A DNA stretch of 64,000 nt. It comes from Amoebidium appalachense (lineage: Eukaryota > Protista > Ichthyosporea). This document shows positions 1 through 12,762 of the stretch, piece after piece; the stretch's first letter is position 1, and each line of letters opens with the position of its first letter. The notes below the pieces were generated by a model. That model searched no databases and was not told the DNA's origin. It saw only the letters and a program-made list of their open reading frames with translations. The stretch covers positions 2,881,572-2,945,571 of the forward strand of contig CAVNZM010000008.1 of assembly GCA_963693365.1 (NCBI GenBank), in the 5' to 3' direction. The position numbers and the translations under genes are program-made.

Positions 1-209
1 ACATGACAGGGGTGCATGGTATTCCGGTAGTACTTTGCTTACTTCATGCCGAAGACGAAAAGGAGCGGGGAAAAGAACATGACTTGTGTTACACAATCTT
101 TTCTGGTGATCATTCGTTTACAAGCGTTTTAACCTATTAAACATGTCTTAGTCCGTTCCAAGAACGTTAACCACGCCTTCCGGAATTCCAGGAACTAAAA
201 AGTATATAC

Positions 210-261
210 CTTGGGTGTGGGTGGCTGGCACTGGTGCCTTGCTGTTGTTCACTTCGCTCAT
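210..261 (-). CDS. Possible first coding exon of a minus-strand gene leaving the window (MSEVNNSKAPVPATHTQ)
   Basis: ATG followed by 16 more codons and an AAG|gtatat donor in non-repetitive sequence; no homology recognised. Confidence 0.2.
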
Positions 262-654
262 GTTGACATCTGGTCAGCTACGTGGACTCTCTATGTACTC
301 TTACGGGTCCGAGTGGAGTCCTATATTCTGGTTCAGCTATCAATGGGCAGACTGACCATGATTACGAAGCGTGCTGTTCCAACTGCAAAGCACGAACGTT
401 AACCGGTTCAACTCAGTTTGAAGTGGCGCAAACGTGTGCTACGTCATCTGTCAAAATAAAAATCAAAACCTCGGGAGTCGTCAACGACAAGTCCCCCCCC
501 CCCCCCCCCCCCCCCCCCCTCGGCAACACACACACGTGCACACACAGGAAAAATTTTTTTTAAAAAAAAAAAAAGTATTATGCGCCTATACCATTGTTTG
601 TTCTCTCCCTTCGACACAGCCGCTCACCAAAGTATATTGCATCTTTGTTTAGCT

Positions 655-734
655 TAGAGACAGAGGGAGACTGAGAAAGAGTGCTTCGTGTCACCTAAGT
701 CTGAGGGGAGAGCCTCTGAGAGACAGCCCCTAAT

Positions 735-772
<38 letters not shown>

Positions 773-980
773 AGAGAGAGTGAAAGGGAGAGAGATTTAG
801 AGCGAGTCCTGAAGAGATCTAGAGAGAACTTAGACTAGAGAGAGCTAGAGATCGGAGAGAGAGAGCTCGACAGATAGAGAGAGATCTAGTCTAAGTGAGT
901 TCTAGAGAGAGAGCTCTCCTGGAGAGAGAGGGGAGGGGGGGTTGGAGGGGGGGCTGGGGGGGGGGGAGGGGGGGGGGGGA

Positions 981-1031
<51 letters not shown>

Positions 1032-1116
1032 AGAGAGAGAGCTGGAGTGAAGGAGAGGAGGGGAGGGGGGGGGAGGGGGGAGGGAGGGGAGGGGAGGGGG
1101 GGGGGGGGGGGGGGGG

Positions 1117-1151
<35 letters not shown>

Positions 1152-1260
1152 GGACAGCTCGAGAGAGAGAGAGAGAGAGCAGGGCCGGGGGGGGGGGGGG
1201 GGGGGGGGGGTAGAGCTCTAGAGCTCTAGAGAGAGAGAGAGAGAGAGTCCGGAGAGAGAG
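655..1260. repeat. Degenerate (GA)n plus G-run block
   Basis: (GA)n interrupted by ctag/gatc/gagctc-type words and G-runs. Confidence 0.85.
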
Positions 1261-1380
1261 ATATCAATTATTTAAGTGTGTGTGTGTGCTTGTGCACGTG
1301 CGCACACGGCATTGTTCTTTCTGATGCCAGCGTTGTGTAGTGCACGTGGTGGGGCTAGTATACGTAGTTGAGTCTAAATA

Positions 1381-1415
<35 letters not shown>

Positions 1416-2180
1416 GTCTTTTCCAATTAGTTGTGCCTTTGGCATGTAAAGAAACCGTGGAGAAACAATGACTCGGTACTTCGTGATATCTGCTTCTTTT
1501 TCCATCTTTCTTTCTTTCATCTTGTCACTCCTCCTCTTGTACTCTTCTTCTTTTACGGGTTTTCCTGGTTAGTCGCGTGTGCGCGCACTTGTGTGTACAG
1601 GTGTGTGTGTGTGTGTGTGTGTGTGTTTATGTGTATGTGTGTGCATGTGATGGGGAAGAGGGGGGGAAGGTCATGTTATAGGTATATACCACTGAGTTTC
1701 CCTGCCTTCGACTTTGTACCTTGCCCAACAGTGACAGCTCTCATACAAACCCAAATATCCTGTGGTACATCGACTAGACATTTGTGTGTACGTTCAAGTT
1801 GTATTTATTTTTTTACTGATGAGGGGGAAGAGAGGGCCCGGGTTGGAAAGGGGGGGGGGGGGGGGGGGGGGGGGGGGGTATTTAGTGCAAGAACCTGTGG
1901 GGAGAGGTGGGGAGGGAGATCATTCGTTGCGTGACATACATTCTTCATTCATTCATATGCATTCCACTGCGCAAAACCTTCCTCCCACCCACTGCCTATC
2001 TGACTAAATCCGTTGTCAAATCACAACACGTGCACATGTGCAAAAGTGACTTCCTAATAAACCAAATCCCGATATGCTACAAAAACCACCACCAGTGGGT
2101 GGTGGGGCTTTCTCTTTTCATGTTAAGAAAATAGAATCAAGAGATATGTTTGGGCATTAATCATGCAATCATGCAACGTG

Positions 2181-2322
2181 CTACGTCTCCATGGCAACCG
2201 GCTCGTCGTTGTCGGATTCTGATTGGTCAGCTGCTGCTTCTGGTACCTTCCACCGGTCGCTGGCCGGCAGGCTGGAAAGAGGGGCAACAGCGACAACAGC
2301 ACGGTGTGTGCCGGTACGGGTG

Positions 2323-2401
<79 letters not shown>

Positions 2402-2723
2402 ACGCGTGTGAGTGTACTATGTGTGCGGGTATGCGTGCGTACGTATGTGTGCATGTTCGGAAGAAAGGGAACGAGGGGGTGTGGTATGGGTACGGGGACG
2501 TGTGTGCCCCGTGCATCGGCATATGTATTTTGTGCTTGTGTATCAGAGTAACACATGAGATAGAGTGTGTGCGAGTTTGTACCAAGCTCTCTCTTGAGTG
2601 TGTGTAGGTGTTTGGTGTGCCGTGGAGTGATGGTGAGTCGGGGTGGGTGGGCAGGTGGGTGTGCACGCAGGGAGAGCTGTGTGTGTGTGTGTGTTTGGGG
2701 AGGGGGTGGGGAGGGGGGGTAAA

Positions 2724-2760
<37 letters not shown>

Positions 2761-3643
2761 AGGGAGGATGTGCCATAGGGTAGGAAATCTCAATGGACAA
2801 CATAAGGCAGAGTGCAAACCACATATCAAGATTATGCATAATGGGCAGAGGCCATCCTCGGGGGAAGCCCACGTCCTCCACAGTACCCAATATTCAACCC
2901 ATTCACGTCGTTGACGAAAACCAACTCAGACACCTGAACATTGGGGGAGGGGGGGGGGGGGGGGGGGGGGAGAATACAGACAAAAACGAGAAGCTGTAGG
3001 TGCATGGGGATCCCCCCGGGGGGGAGGGGGGCGGGGGAGGAGGGGGGAGGAGGGTGGAGAGGGAGGGAGGGGAGGGGGGGGGGGGGGGGGAGGGGGGGGG
3101 GGGAGGGAGGGGGGGTGGAGAGGGAGGGAGGGGGGGAGCACAGGGACTCGGAGGGGGAAAGAGAGAGAGAGAGTGACAAACCTGCATGCAGGAGTACGGC
3201 CCGTGGGTTTGTGGTGAGAGTCTTTTTACCCTCTGCCTGCTGCAGGCCAAAAAGCACAGCCCTGCATGTGTCTGCTGTCAGAACCTGCATGTGGATGCAC
3301 ACAGTGGCATATACGGTTACAGATGCCTGTTTACTGCAGGGGCTATATGGAAAACTGAGTGTAGGAAAAAGCGGATGGAGAGAGGGGTGGCATACACATG
3401 GGCAGGGTGGTTGATTCTTGTTGTGGGCCTATGCAAAATAATTTTGGTGAACAATCGCGTATAGATGTGCAGAGGCAGTAACATGTATGCCTGCGGGCCT
3501 CTCTGTGTGTAATCATGCTGGCTGAATGAGTGTGTGCGCATGTTACACGACCCTCACATGACATGAACACACATATTGTCTTTTTCATGGTTGTGCTCCT
3601 GCCTTCCTGTGCCTGTTTGTGCGTATGTGTGTTTGTGTGCGTC

Positions 3644-3692
<49 letters not shown>

Positions 3693-3701
3693 CGCGCGTG
3701 C

Positions 3702-3736
<35 letters not shown>

Positions 3737-3969
3737 CGTGTCTTATGCGTGTTTTTGTATGTAATCGCGCGCCGATAGGGGGGGAAGGGGGGGGAGGGGG
3801 GAGGGGGGGGAGGGGAGTATTTTTTACAGATTTATGATGTCATAGGGGCCTCTCAGATCCAAGGCCTTTGCTGCTTGGCTGCTGCATGGGCACAAACAAT
3901 GACGTCAGAACAGTGACGTCAGCACAGTGCACCCATCATCCATCAAGGACCCATCCCCAATGTGCCCCC

Positions 3970-4002
<33 letters not shown>

Positions 4003-4247
4003 ACTCCCGGAGCAAAACATCCCTCCCAAACTTTCCAAAAAATCCTCACATCCTGCCCCTTGCCTTTTTAAATCCACCTCCTCCGAGACCTCACCCGGTG
4101 TTTCCCTTTTCCCTACCTGCTCTCTGCCATATACCCCAGACCCATGTCGTCACACCAAAAAAAATAAATAATCATTCTTGACTGCATTGCTTAGTTTTAG
4201 GGGTCTGCCATCGTGGGGAGGAGGAAGAAAGGTGAGGTTTTTCTTTT

Positions 4248-4278
<31 letters not shown>

Positions 4279-4555
4279 GGGCAGCACACCTTGGGTGTGA
4301 TTAAGACAACAAACAACACTTCAAGTATAGACATATCGAGAAGGATGTCATTTGAACACGAATCCAACTACATTGTATGTTCGATTAAAAATAACAATGG
4401 TACTGGGTGAGACCGATACATTCCTAACTCGTAACTATCAAAACCGTGGGAAAGTAGGGAGAGGGAGGTGGGTGGGGTGGGGTGGGGGGGGGGGGGGGGG
4501 GATTCTAAGAGGTTTGGGTAGTGTGAATGTGTGGATGGTGGTGGTGGTGGTGGTG

Positions 4556-4600
<45 letters not shown>

Positions 4601-6229
4601 TTCGTGTGTATGTGTGTGTGTGTGTGTGTGTGTGTTTGGGGGGATGTAAGGGGTTAGAAAACCGGAATGGTACCTAATGATGATATTACGGCCCTGTGTT
4701 GCCCGTATGATGTGCTGGGCATTGCTGATTAGATAGCGCCTCGCAGTAGAATCTGTTGGATATAAGAACACCATCAGGCACGAACTCGGGAACAAAGTGG
4801 CATGGTTACAGCATCTTAGGCAGTGTTATGCATATGCCGGTATTGCCCCATAATTCGGTTCCTTTATTCCCTCATATGGCAATCGTGCAACTATCAAAAA
4901 CATATCATGCCCGCACGTATGGGCCAGGCCAACAATGCAATCTGGTCGTAGATCGTTACATCCCGCACCCCGAATCTCAAGCCCTTCAAACACATTGTTT
5001 TCTCCTCCTGTTCACATCAACCGGCTCCTTGATTCGGCGAATGCAATCAGTGACGCATGGGCCATAAAAATCTAACTGTAGGTGGAGAGGGCGGGTACAC
5101 CCGCACACCAGCATGGTTTCTCTTTCCCTTTCTCTCTCCCGGTCTTTTCACACACGCGCGCGCGCACACACACGCACACACGCACACACTCTCTTTCTAT
5201 TTGTTTTGTTTTTTTCCCGCCTTCTTCAGGGAGGGGGGGGGGGGGGGTTTGAATGCGGAATACGGTACGAAGTAGGCATGCACGATGAGAAGCATGGTGC
5301 AGGACACATGCAAAGGCAAACATTCAAGTATGCAACATCAGCCATGCGCACAGTATGCGTCATAAGCAGAGCCCATCCTCAGAGAGGGCCCAAGTCATCA
5401 ATTGCGCCTGGGGGGGGGGGGGGGGGGGGGGGGGGGTGGGGGGAAGAGGGAGGAGGAGAAGAATGGCAGCCGGAGAGAGATGTGTGTGTGTGTGTGTGTA
5501 GGAAACAAAGGGAGTGTCCAAGAGAGCGTGTGTATTTGTCGTGCGCCCCCACGTGAATGCAAAAAAAAAAAAGGGGGGGGGGGGGGGGGTTCAATCCCAC
5601 CTTGCAAGGCTGCACTGTAGCAGATTTCAAAGAAAATTCCTCGTTCCAATGCCTGTGCAGTAATCAGCATGTTGGGGTCATATACAGGTTTGTAGTCTTT
5701 AGGTAGTCATTGGATGTAATTGCATCAAACAATGGATCATTTGGTTAACTACTATGTGCCTTACGCAAAAGAAAAACGTCCGAGTCCGAAGGAGAGGGAG
5801 AGGGGGTGTGAGGGGGAAGGGGAGAGGGGAGGGGGGAGGGGGTGTTTTGGAAGGGGTGGGGAGTGGGGGACGGGGGAGGGGGGAAGGGGCTGTATGTATT
5901 GAAGGGTGGCAACCATAGAACTAGGCCGTCGAAAAACCCCAAACCGTTTTTTAAAAAAAGAAAATAAAATAAAATAATAACAATAATTAAAAAAATGCAA
6001 CCAACACGGAGTGTGCAAGAAGGTAAGCGGGGAAACCGAAGGGGGAAAGACACGTGGGGGGGGAGGTACCTGGCCCACGGGGGGACGCTTCAAGAAGTAA
6101 GGCAGGCGCTTTGCCATGTCGAAGCTGATGACGTCAATGTCTGCCGTCTGGCAGCAGTGCTGGAACAGTTTCTCGGTCTCGGGCATGGCTGCTACTATGT
6201 CGTATGTGCGTAGAACAGAGTTGCTGGGG

Positions 6230-6269
<40 letters not shown>

Positions 6270-6417
6270 AGGGTGAGAGGGATGTGGGGGGGGGGGGGGG
6301 GGGGGGGGGGGGTTAGAATGTGTCACAATGCAAGAAGAACACACTCGTAACGGACAGCATATTGCAGGCTTTGCAAAGCATTCTCAAACGAGTGTGAACG
6401 TAAAGCAGAGCCCAATT

Positions 6418-6476
<59 letters not shown>

Positions 6477-6867
6477 AAGCAGGGGGTGTGGGGGGAGGTT
6501 GAATGGAAGGGAGGGTGAGCGGATGGACGAGATGCATAGGGAGGGGGGGGGGGGGGGGGGGGGGTTTAATTGCGTCAAAAAGTACGAAGTACACAAGAAC
6601 AAACGGATAACACGATGCAGAATGCAAGCCATACATAAAGAGTATGCATAATAAGCAGAGCCCATCCTCAGGGGGGGCCCACGTCATCCACAGTACCCGA
6701 GTTTCGACCTATTCCCCTCGTTAACGAAACCCAACTCAGATACTGTTTCACTTGAACATGAGTAGGTCACCCGTCTTGATCAGAGACGAGCAGGGTTGCT
6801 TATGCAGGCAAGGGCAGTGGGAAAGGCCGGGGGTTAAAGTTGCAGCAGTAAGCAGAAGCAAGAATAT

Positions 6868-6903
<36 letters not shown>

Positions 6904-7745
6904 GAGAGTGAAGAGAGAGAGAGAGAGGGGAAAGAAGGGAAAAGAAAGGGTTTATGTATGAGCAGAGCTTTTAAAGCTACCGAACATGTGTACAGGCAGA
7001 ACATTCAGGGATAGACATGATCATCAGAGAGTTTCCGGTGTCTCCACAAAAGGACGAGTCCCGACTGACCTCCCGTGCATGGGTTGGGTGAGGAGAAGGT
7101 GACTTTAGATTACGATACAAGCCATTTTTTTGCTTGTGTCTGGATAAGGTGCATAGGCACCAACAGGATGAACAAAATAAACATGAGGGAGCATCGGGAG
7201 CCCCGGGGGGGAAGGGGGGAGGTTAAATTACGCAACAAACGAAATGTGAGCTAAATTGCATAAATGAAAACTCAAGTGTGCAGAAAACGAGGAAAGAGGA
7301 GTGAGAACGGGAAGCTCAATGGCACATTCGAACGAAGGGGGAAGGGCAGTCATAGGGGTAGTGAGGGGGTGTTTGAAAAGATCAACAGGAGGATAAATGG
7401 GGGGGGGAACAGGGGGGTCGGAATAGATCTAAACACACGAAGGGGAGAGAGGAGGGAGGGAGGATGTGTGGGTCGGTGTGTGTGTGTGGGAGGAAAAAGG
7501 GAAGAGGTGTTTATGAGCGGGAAAGGGTGGGCTGGTGGTGGTGGTTGTGGGGGTGGGGGGGTGGGGGGGGGGGGGGGGGGGGGGGGGGATTGGAATGCAG
7601 AATACTATAGAGGAAGGGGGGCGGGGGGGGGAGGGAGGGGGGGGGGGGGGGGGTGGGGGTTTGAATGCGTCATAAAGTACGATGGGGGGGTAGAATGTGT
7701 TACAGAGCACGAAGTACACATTCATGACGGACAACACAATGCCAA

Positions 7746-7786
<41 letters not shown>

Positions 7787-8313
7787 AACAGAGACACACA
7801 CACCAATGAGTATATCTGTGACTGATCTTCCAGGATGACGGTCAGACGGGAATACTGTCTCAGTTTCTTGGCCTCAGCCTGCCACTCCTTGTCCACGTGT
7901 GCAAGAAGTACTAGCTCCCCCTTGGGCCGTTTGTTGATCTGTGAGGCAGAGAGGGAATGAGTTGCAAGGTTCGGAATTTCGTTAAAGAAAGTGCTGTTTT
8001 GGTACAGAGTCAGGTGACGATGGAGTAGATGATGTAATGAAGGAAGAGGCAGGTTGAGAGTGGGGCAGAGGGAGAGGGTGTGTGTGTGTTTGGCAGGGGA
8101 GAAGGGGCGGGAGGGGGGAGGGAGGGAGCGGGGGGAGGGGGGGGAGGGGGGGGTTGGATGGAAGGGGGGCTAATTAGAAAGAGGAACTTAGAATGATGTA
8201 TCACTTTATAACGGATGATGTAGTTTTAACGGTGTTATTAGAACAGGTAGATAGAGAATTCACCGTAGATTTCTTTGGTTGAGCAAGGGGGGAGGGGAGG
8301 ATGGGGGGTATGT

Positions 8314-8372
<59 letters not shown>

Positions 8373-9142
8373 GGAAGAATGGGGGATAGAATGCGTGATA
8401 GAACGCGTTAAAACACAAACACAAAGGGTTTTGTTAAAAGCACACACAAAGAGTATGCATCAGAAGCACAGCCTATATTCATTAAAGTGCGCAAGTCATC
8501 CACAATACCCGAGTTCCGATCCCTACAGCTCCCATGCAAAACTCAACTCAGATTCTGCTTTACTTGAGCATGATTGTTTTACCTGGGTTGGGGGCGCGCG
8601 GGGGGGGGGGGGGGGGGGGGGGGGAGAGGGGAGAGAGAGAGCGGAAGCAAGAGAGAAAGAGAGAGGGGGGAAGGGGAAGGGTATGTCTGTGTCGGGGGTT
8701 GGGAGGGGAAGGGAAGGGAGGGGCTGAATGTGTTCAAGAGCATGAAGTTCACAACGACGGATAACACAATGCAGGTTTTGTGCGTGCGTTTGTGGTGGTG
8801 GTGGTGGTGATGGTGGTGGTGGTAGTGTGTGTGTGTGTGCGTGTGTGTGTGTTTGGGGGGGGGGGGGGGGGGGGAGAGGGGGGGGGGGGAGGGTTCGCTC
8901 ACGCGTGCGCGTCTGTGGTTGGCGGGTAGGTGGTGGGTAGGGGATGGGGGGAGGGGTGGGGGGGGGAGGAGGGGGGGAGGAGATGCAGTACACGTACAAG
9001 CACAAAGATGCAATAGCACACGACACTGATTACTCCGTACATAAACGAATGCTAGTCACACATACAAAAACGAAGCCGCGCTCACAGGTGTGGGCCCCCG
9101 CAGGGCCGCCAGGGGGGGGGGGCGGGCGGGCGGGCGGGCGGG

Positions 9143-9180
<38 letters not shown>

Positions 9181-10565
9181 GGGGGGAGGGGGTTAGAATT
9201 TGTTACAGAGCTACGAAGCACGCACTCACGATGGACAACACCGTGTATGTTTTGCAAGGGTGGCAATTGTAGTTGTGGTGGTGTGTTGTTTGTGTGGGGT
9301 GTGTGTGTGTGTGTGAGTGTGTGTGTGGGGGCGGGAAGGGAGGGGGGAGGGAAGGGGGGAAGGGGGGAGGTGGTACAGAATACGTGGTACACACTCATGA
9401 TCGACCAAATGTAGGCTTTGCGAGGGGTGCTGATGGTGGCTGTGTGTGTAAATGTATGTTGAGAGGGCAAAAGGGGGGTGGGGGGGGGGGGAAGGGGGAC
9501 GTACGTGTTCATTTGTGACTTTTCCTGTGATCGTCTTTGAGAATGCCGCTGCATCGTATCCCACTGGACAGGCGGGACACAACGTTAGGTCTCCTACCTG
9601 GCTGTACTTATGTTCCTTCACCCCCTTCTCCCTACCCCGTCTTCCCCTAGCTACTAACACATGATACGACGGAGCCCACATTTCTACCCGTACACACACA
9701 TGCATTGTGAGAGGAGGGGGACGGTGTTGGTGGTGTTGGGGGGGGAGGGGAGGAGGGGGTGGACAGTTTAACAAAGGAGGGGTGGTGTGTGTGTGTGTGT
9801 GTGTGTGTGTATGAATATGTGTGTTTGGGGGGCGAGGGGAAGGGGCGCGGGGGGAGGAGAGGGAGGAAGGCTGGAGTCTGTTTGCTATAGCCTCGCATCA
9901 AGTTATAGATGACTCGAACGTGTGCTTGGGTCCCAAGATGCAGTGGGATGGCTTGACATGGCGATGATACATCGAAGCCAAGAGGGAGGGGCCGAGAGCC
10001 GAAAACGGGAGACGAAGGGGAGGGGGGGGGAGGGGAGGGCTGTAGGAAGAAACGAGGATTAGGGCACAGCGGAAAAGGCACAAAGACGGGCAAAAAAGAA
10101 GCAGGGTGGAAAGTGGTGAAAAGATGTTGCTTGTACTTGTTGATCCGGCCATGAGCTCACGACAACATCGTTCAATCTGTACACACTTTATTATAACTGC
10201 CTCGGCAGCTCAAACGGCAGCACCTGTCTACCTTCGTTTGTAACTCAAACGGGCACCTACAATCATTCATGTGCCTTGATCTATCCATTGTGATGAGAAG
10301 GTCTAAAATCAAGCTCTGCCCGGCAACAAACCAACAACAAGGGGAGGAGAGGGAAGGGAGGGTGATGAAAGCATGGAAAGGATACGTGCTGGAACCAGAG
10401 CAAGTGCTAAATACAGCGCTAAGAAAGGGCAGGAGGGAGGGGAGAAGCGGAGGTGAGATGAAAGACACAAAGTGCACCGAGCTACCTACACTTAGCAAGC
10501 ATGGCTAGGGTGCGGCCCAAAAGGGCCTTGTCCTCAACCAATGACACGTTGAGGTCTACAAACAT
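2181..10565 (-). CDS. RPP30: Ribonuclease P/MRP protein subunit p30 (Rpp30/Rpp1), 9 coding exons
   Basis: Phase-consistent GT-AG exons: 10565-10490, 9563-9505, 7938-7804, 6231-6070, 5652-5601, 4752-4674, 3881-3828, 3261-3182, 2323-2181. Translation MFVDLNV...LAKLGYDAAAF...YSRLTVILED...TYDIVAAMPETEKLFQHCC...RLPYFLKRPPVGQALERGIFFEICYSAALQDSTARRYLISNA...GRNIIISSQAAKALDLRGPYDIINLAVLFGL...; these are hallmark Rpp30 PHP-fold motifs. Confidence 0.95.
2766..2942 (-). mobile_element. Diverged copy of the G/C-run-anchored element
   Basis: TATGCATAATGGGCAGAGGCCATCCTCGGGGGAAGCCCACGTCCTCCACAGTACCC...CCAACTCAGA aligns with subfamily A; G-runs on both sides. Confidence 0.75.
5248..5409 (-). mobile_element. 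G/C-run-anchored element, subfamily B copy
   Basis: G-run+TTTGAATGCGGAATACGGTACGAAGTA...AAGCAGAGCCCATCCTCAGAGAGGGCCCAAGTCATC, then G-run; closely matches 35107-35265. Confidence 0.8.
6312..6418 (-). mobile_element. Short diverged element end
   Basis: G-run+TTAGAATGTGTCAC...AAGCAGAGCCCA, then G-run. Confidence 0.6.
6565..6867 (-). mobile_element. G/C-run-anchored dispersed element, subfamily A copy (~300 bp)
   Basis: Near-identical to 60136-60436; G-runs on both sides on the + strand; inside RPP30 intron 3. Confidence 0.85.
7660..7745 (-). mobile_element. Two tandem short element ends
   Basis: TTTGAATGCGTCATAAAGTACGA, G7, TAGAATGTGTTACAGAGCACGAAGTACAC...CGGACAACACAATGC, then G-run. Confidence 0.65.
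8385..8590 (-). mobile_element. Diverged copy of the G/C-run-anchored element
   Basis: TAGAATGCGTGA head; AAGAGTATGCAT, GTCATCCACAATACCCGAGTTCCGA and CAACTCAGAT..CTTGAGCATGA align with subfamily A. Confidence 0.7.
8724..8780 (-). mobile_element. Short diverged element end
   Basis: CTGAATGTGTTCAAGAGCATGAAGTTCACAACGACGGATAACACAATGCAG matches the family head. Confidence 0.6.
9193..9258 (-). mobile_element. Short diverged element end
   Basis: G-run+TTAGAATTTGTTACAGAGCTACGAAGCACGCACTCACGATGGACAACAC. Confidence 0.55.
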
Positions 10566-11299
10566 GACGCTGGTGGTGGCCTTTGGCTGTGACTAGCTAC
10601 CTGTGAAGAGAAGATGGTGTTAGTACAGAGCAGCAACTTGAAAAGAAACACTCGAAACAAGGTTCCTTGCGTTTAAAGCCATAGAGGCTCTATAGCGCGG
10701 GTATGAGTTTGAAAGGGTAATACTAGCTTTGTGAAGCAATGAAGTGAAAAGAGATGCTGAACACCCATGTTGTTGTTCAAGAAAGCCTATACAAAGGAGA
10801 GAAAAGAAACTAGAACAGCAAAAGTTTACAGGCTTGTTTTGTCCACGGTCAGACAAAAAGAGGGAGTGACAATCCCCCTCCAAGCCAGCAAGGCTCCTCT
10901 GAGCTACTGCTAGGCAGCAGCCCAGAGTCACCAACCAACAGACAAGTTTTTTCTTGCGCACTGTCTGGCCCCGAGAACACACCGAATGTTGTCTGGGGAA
11001 TTGTGATGCGCTACTTGAGAAATGAGCCTTCCAGAAGTTCACATTGGCATGACGGTCAAGAAAAGGCAGGGGGTTGAGGTGAAAGAGGCGAGCAACCAAG
11101 AGGAAGAGCGAGCTTACCAAGAAGTGTTCTTGCTTCGTTCTCTTTCCGCTTGCAGACACCCTCTAATATTAGTTCGCGCTCCAACCAACCCGGCGAGTGA
11201 CAAAAAACAGAGCGAGTGAAAAGGTTTTCTGAGCCCTGTGAGTCGGTGACACGTGTGTGGCCGCTGTGCTGTCTCGGGTTGGCCCGGGCCGACTTACCA

Positions 11300-12762
11300 T
11301 AACAGGTTAGGTATTCACACTAACGATTGGATCTATCAACTTGAGGCTCACATATCTGGCCCGATTCAATCTTGATCAGGGCGGCTGCTCCGGTTGTATC
11401 ATGGTGAAGTTACTATGTAAAAGATATACGAGCTAAAAAGACCAGTGTGATACTATACTTAGTATTTAATTACTTTGCATTTCCAATAAAGCTAGCTATA
11501 TAAGTTGTTGACGGTATTCCCTTTGCACCTTTGGCGTAAGCTTGATCGACCTGCTTTTTTCGGGCACGCCCGGGCGCCCCCCACGATCTATAATTCACCC
11601 GATTGGACCAATCGCGTTATGATGGTGCCAATAGGCGTCATTCCTGGGCAACGGTCAACTAAGGGCGTGTTAGATCCCGCGAGATAATTGGTTGTCATAA
11701 CAGAAGCAGAATAAACATTGAAGCGAAGCAAATTCTTCCATGCCAACAATATTTGAACAAATATACCTACACGGCCCTATATACATTGTATGTACATTGC
11801 TTTAAACAGGCACCGCCCGCTCTTTGCCGTGGTTTTAACATAAACTTAACTTTAGGTACAAACCTATAAAATATATACATGGAGCAACCGAATTTTTTCT
11901 CTCTCTTATTTTTTTTGGTGCCTTCCTGCGGAACCTTTTTCCCGGCGTATTTACGCGTGAGCCACCTGTTCAAACGGTGAATATTTGCTGCGCTCCAGCT
12001 GTTTACCACTCAAGGGTGACAGAGGGTGATCGTGACGAGTTCACTGGCCAGTTCACTGAGTTTGTGGTGGCGACGCCTTGCCCTGGCCCACAATTCGAGA
12101 GGATATTGTCACAGTAGTTGTCACACAGCTGACACAAACAATGCCATCCTTCTTGTAGGTCAAGTTTATTCGAAACAAGACAATTGCAACCGTGTTACAG
12201 GCACTTCTAGAAAACCACAGGTAGCTACGGAGCACCACCACGGTCAGATACATAATTGCTGGGGTCACGAAAGTTTGCACGGAGATTTCCACGGAGACTA
12301 AGGTCCGTGAGGGCAGCAGCTGTTGAAATATAAACACTGCCCCGTTCTCGCATGTTCTACGCTGCAAACAATCCCACTGAACCTCGCTCTAGCACCAGCA
12401 CTGGTGTCACTGAGAGGGCACCGGTTTACTTTAACCGTCAGCACGTCTCTCCGGGCTCGAGGAAGCTGGTACCGGTCTGCTACCCAAGGAAGGAACGACG
12501 TTAACTTTTTCTGCAGGCCCACAAAATCCACCAAGCAAAGAGTCGTGTCTTTTTATACGTAGGAACAATTTGATACCAGAACGTACTTCACTGACGTGTG
12601 TTACGGTTCCCCGTCGGCCGTGACCTGGATAACTGAGTTCTTGGCTACTGGAGTCCAAATTTGCGCGGGCAACTTCATCCCTTGGCAGAACCACAACCGC
12701 TCGCCAAAGGCATTATTCATCAACACTGAAGACTACTTGAAAAGTCACCACTCATTTACGAA
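11300..12762. promoter_or_regulatory. Divergent promoter region between RPP30 (-) and AP-4-like (+)
   Basis: Microsatellite-free stretch between head-to-head genes; inverted CCAAT pair CGATTGG-A-CCAATCG at 11600-11614; CAGCTG E-boxes at 11996, 12126 and 12317. Confidence 0.55.

Noticed and set aside
655-930. Palindrome-rich words (ctag, gatc, gagctc) inside a GA repeat
   Set aside because: Most simply a decayed or poorly base-called (GA)n tract; no larger structure seen.
6419-6475. Poly-G runs as pure sequencing artefact
   Set aside because: Runs avoid exons, occur as both G and C and correlate with gene strand, so their presence looks biological; exact lengths remain unreliable.
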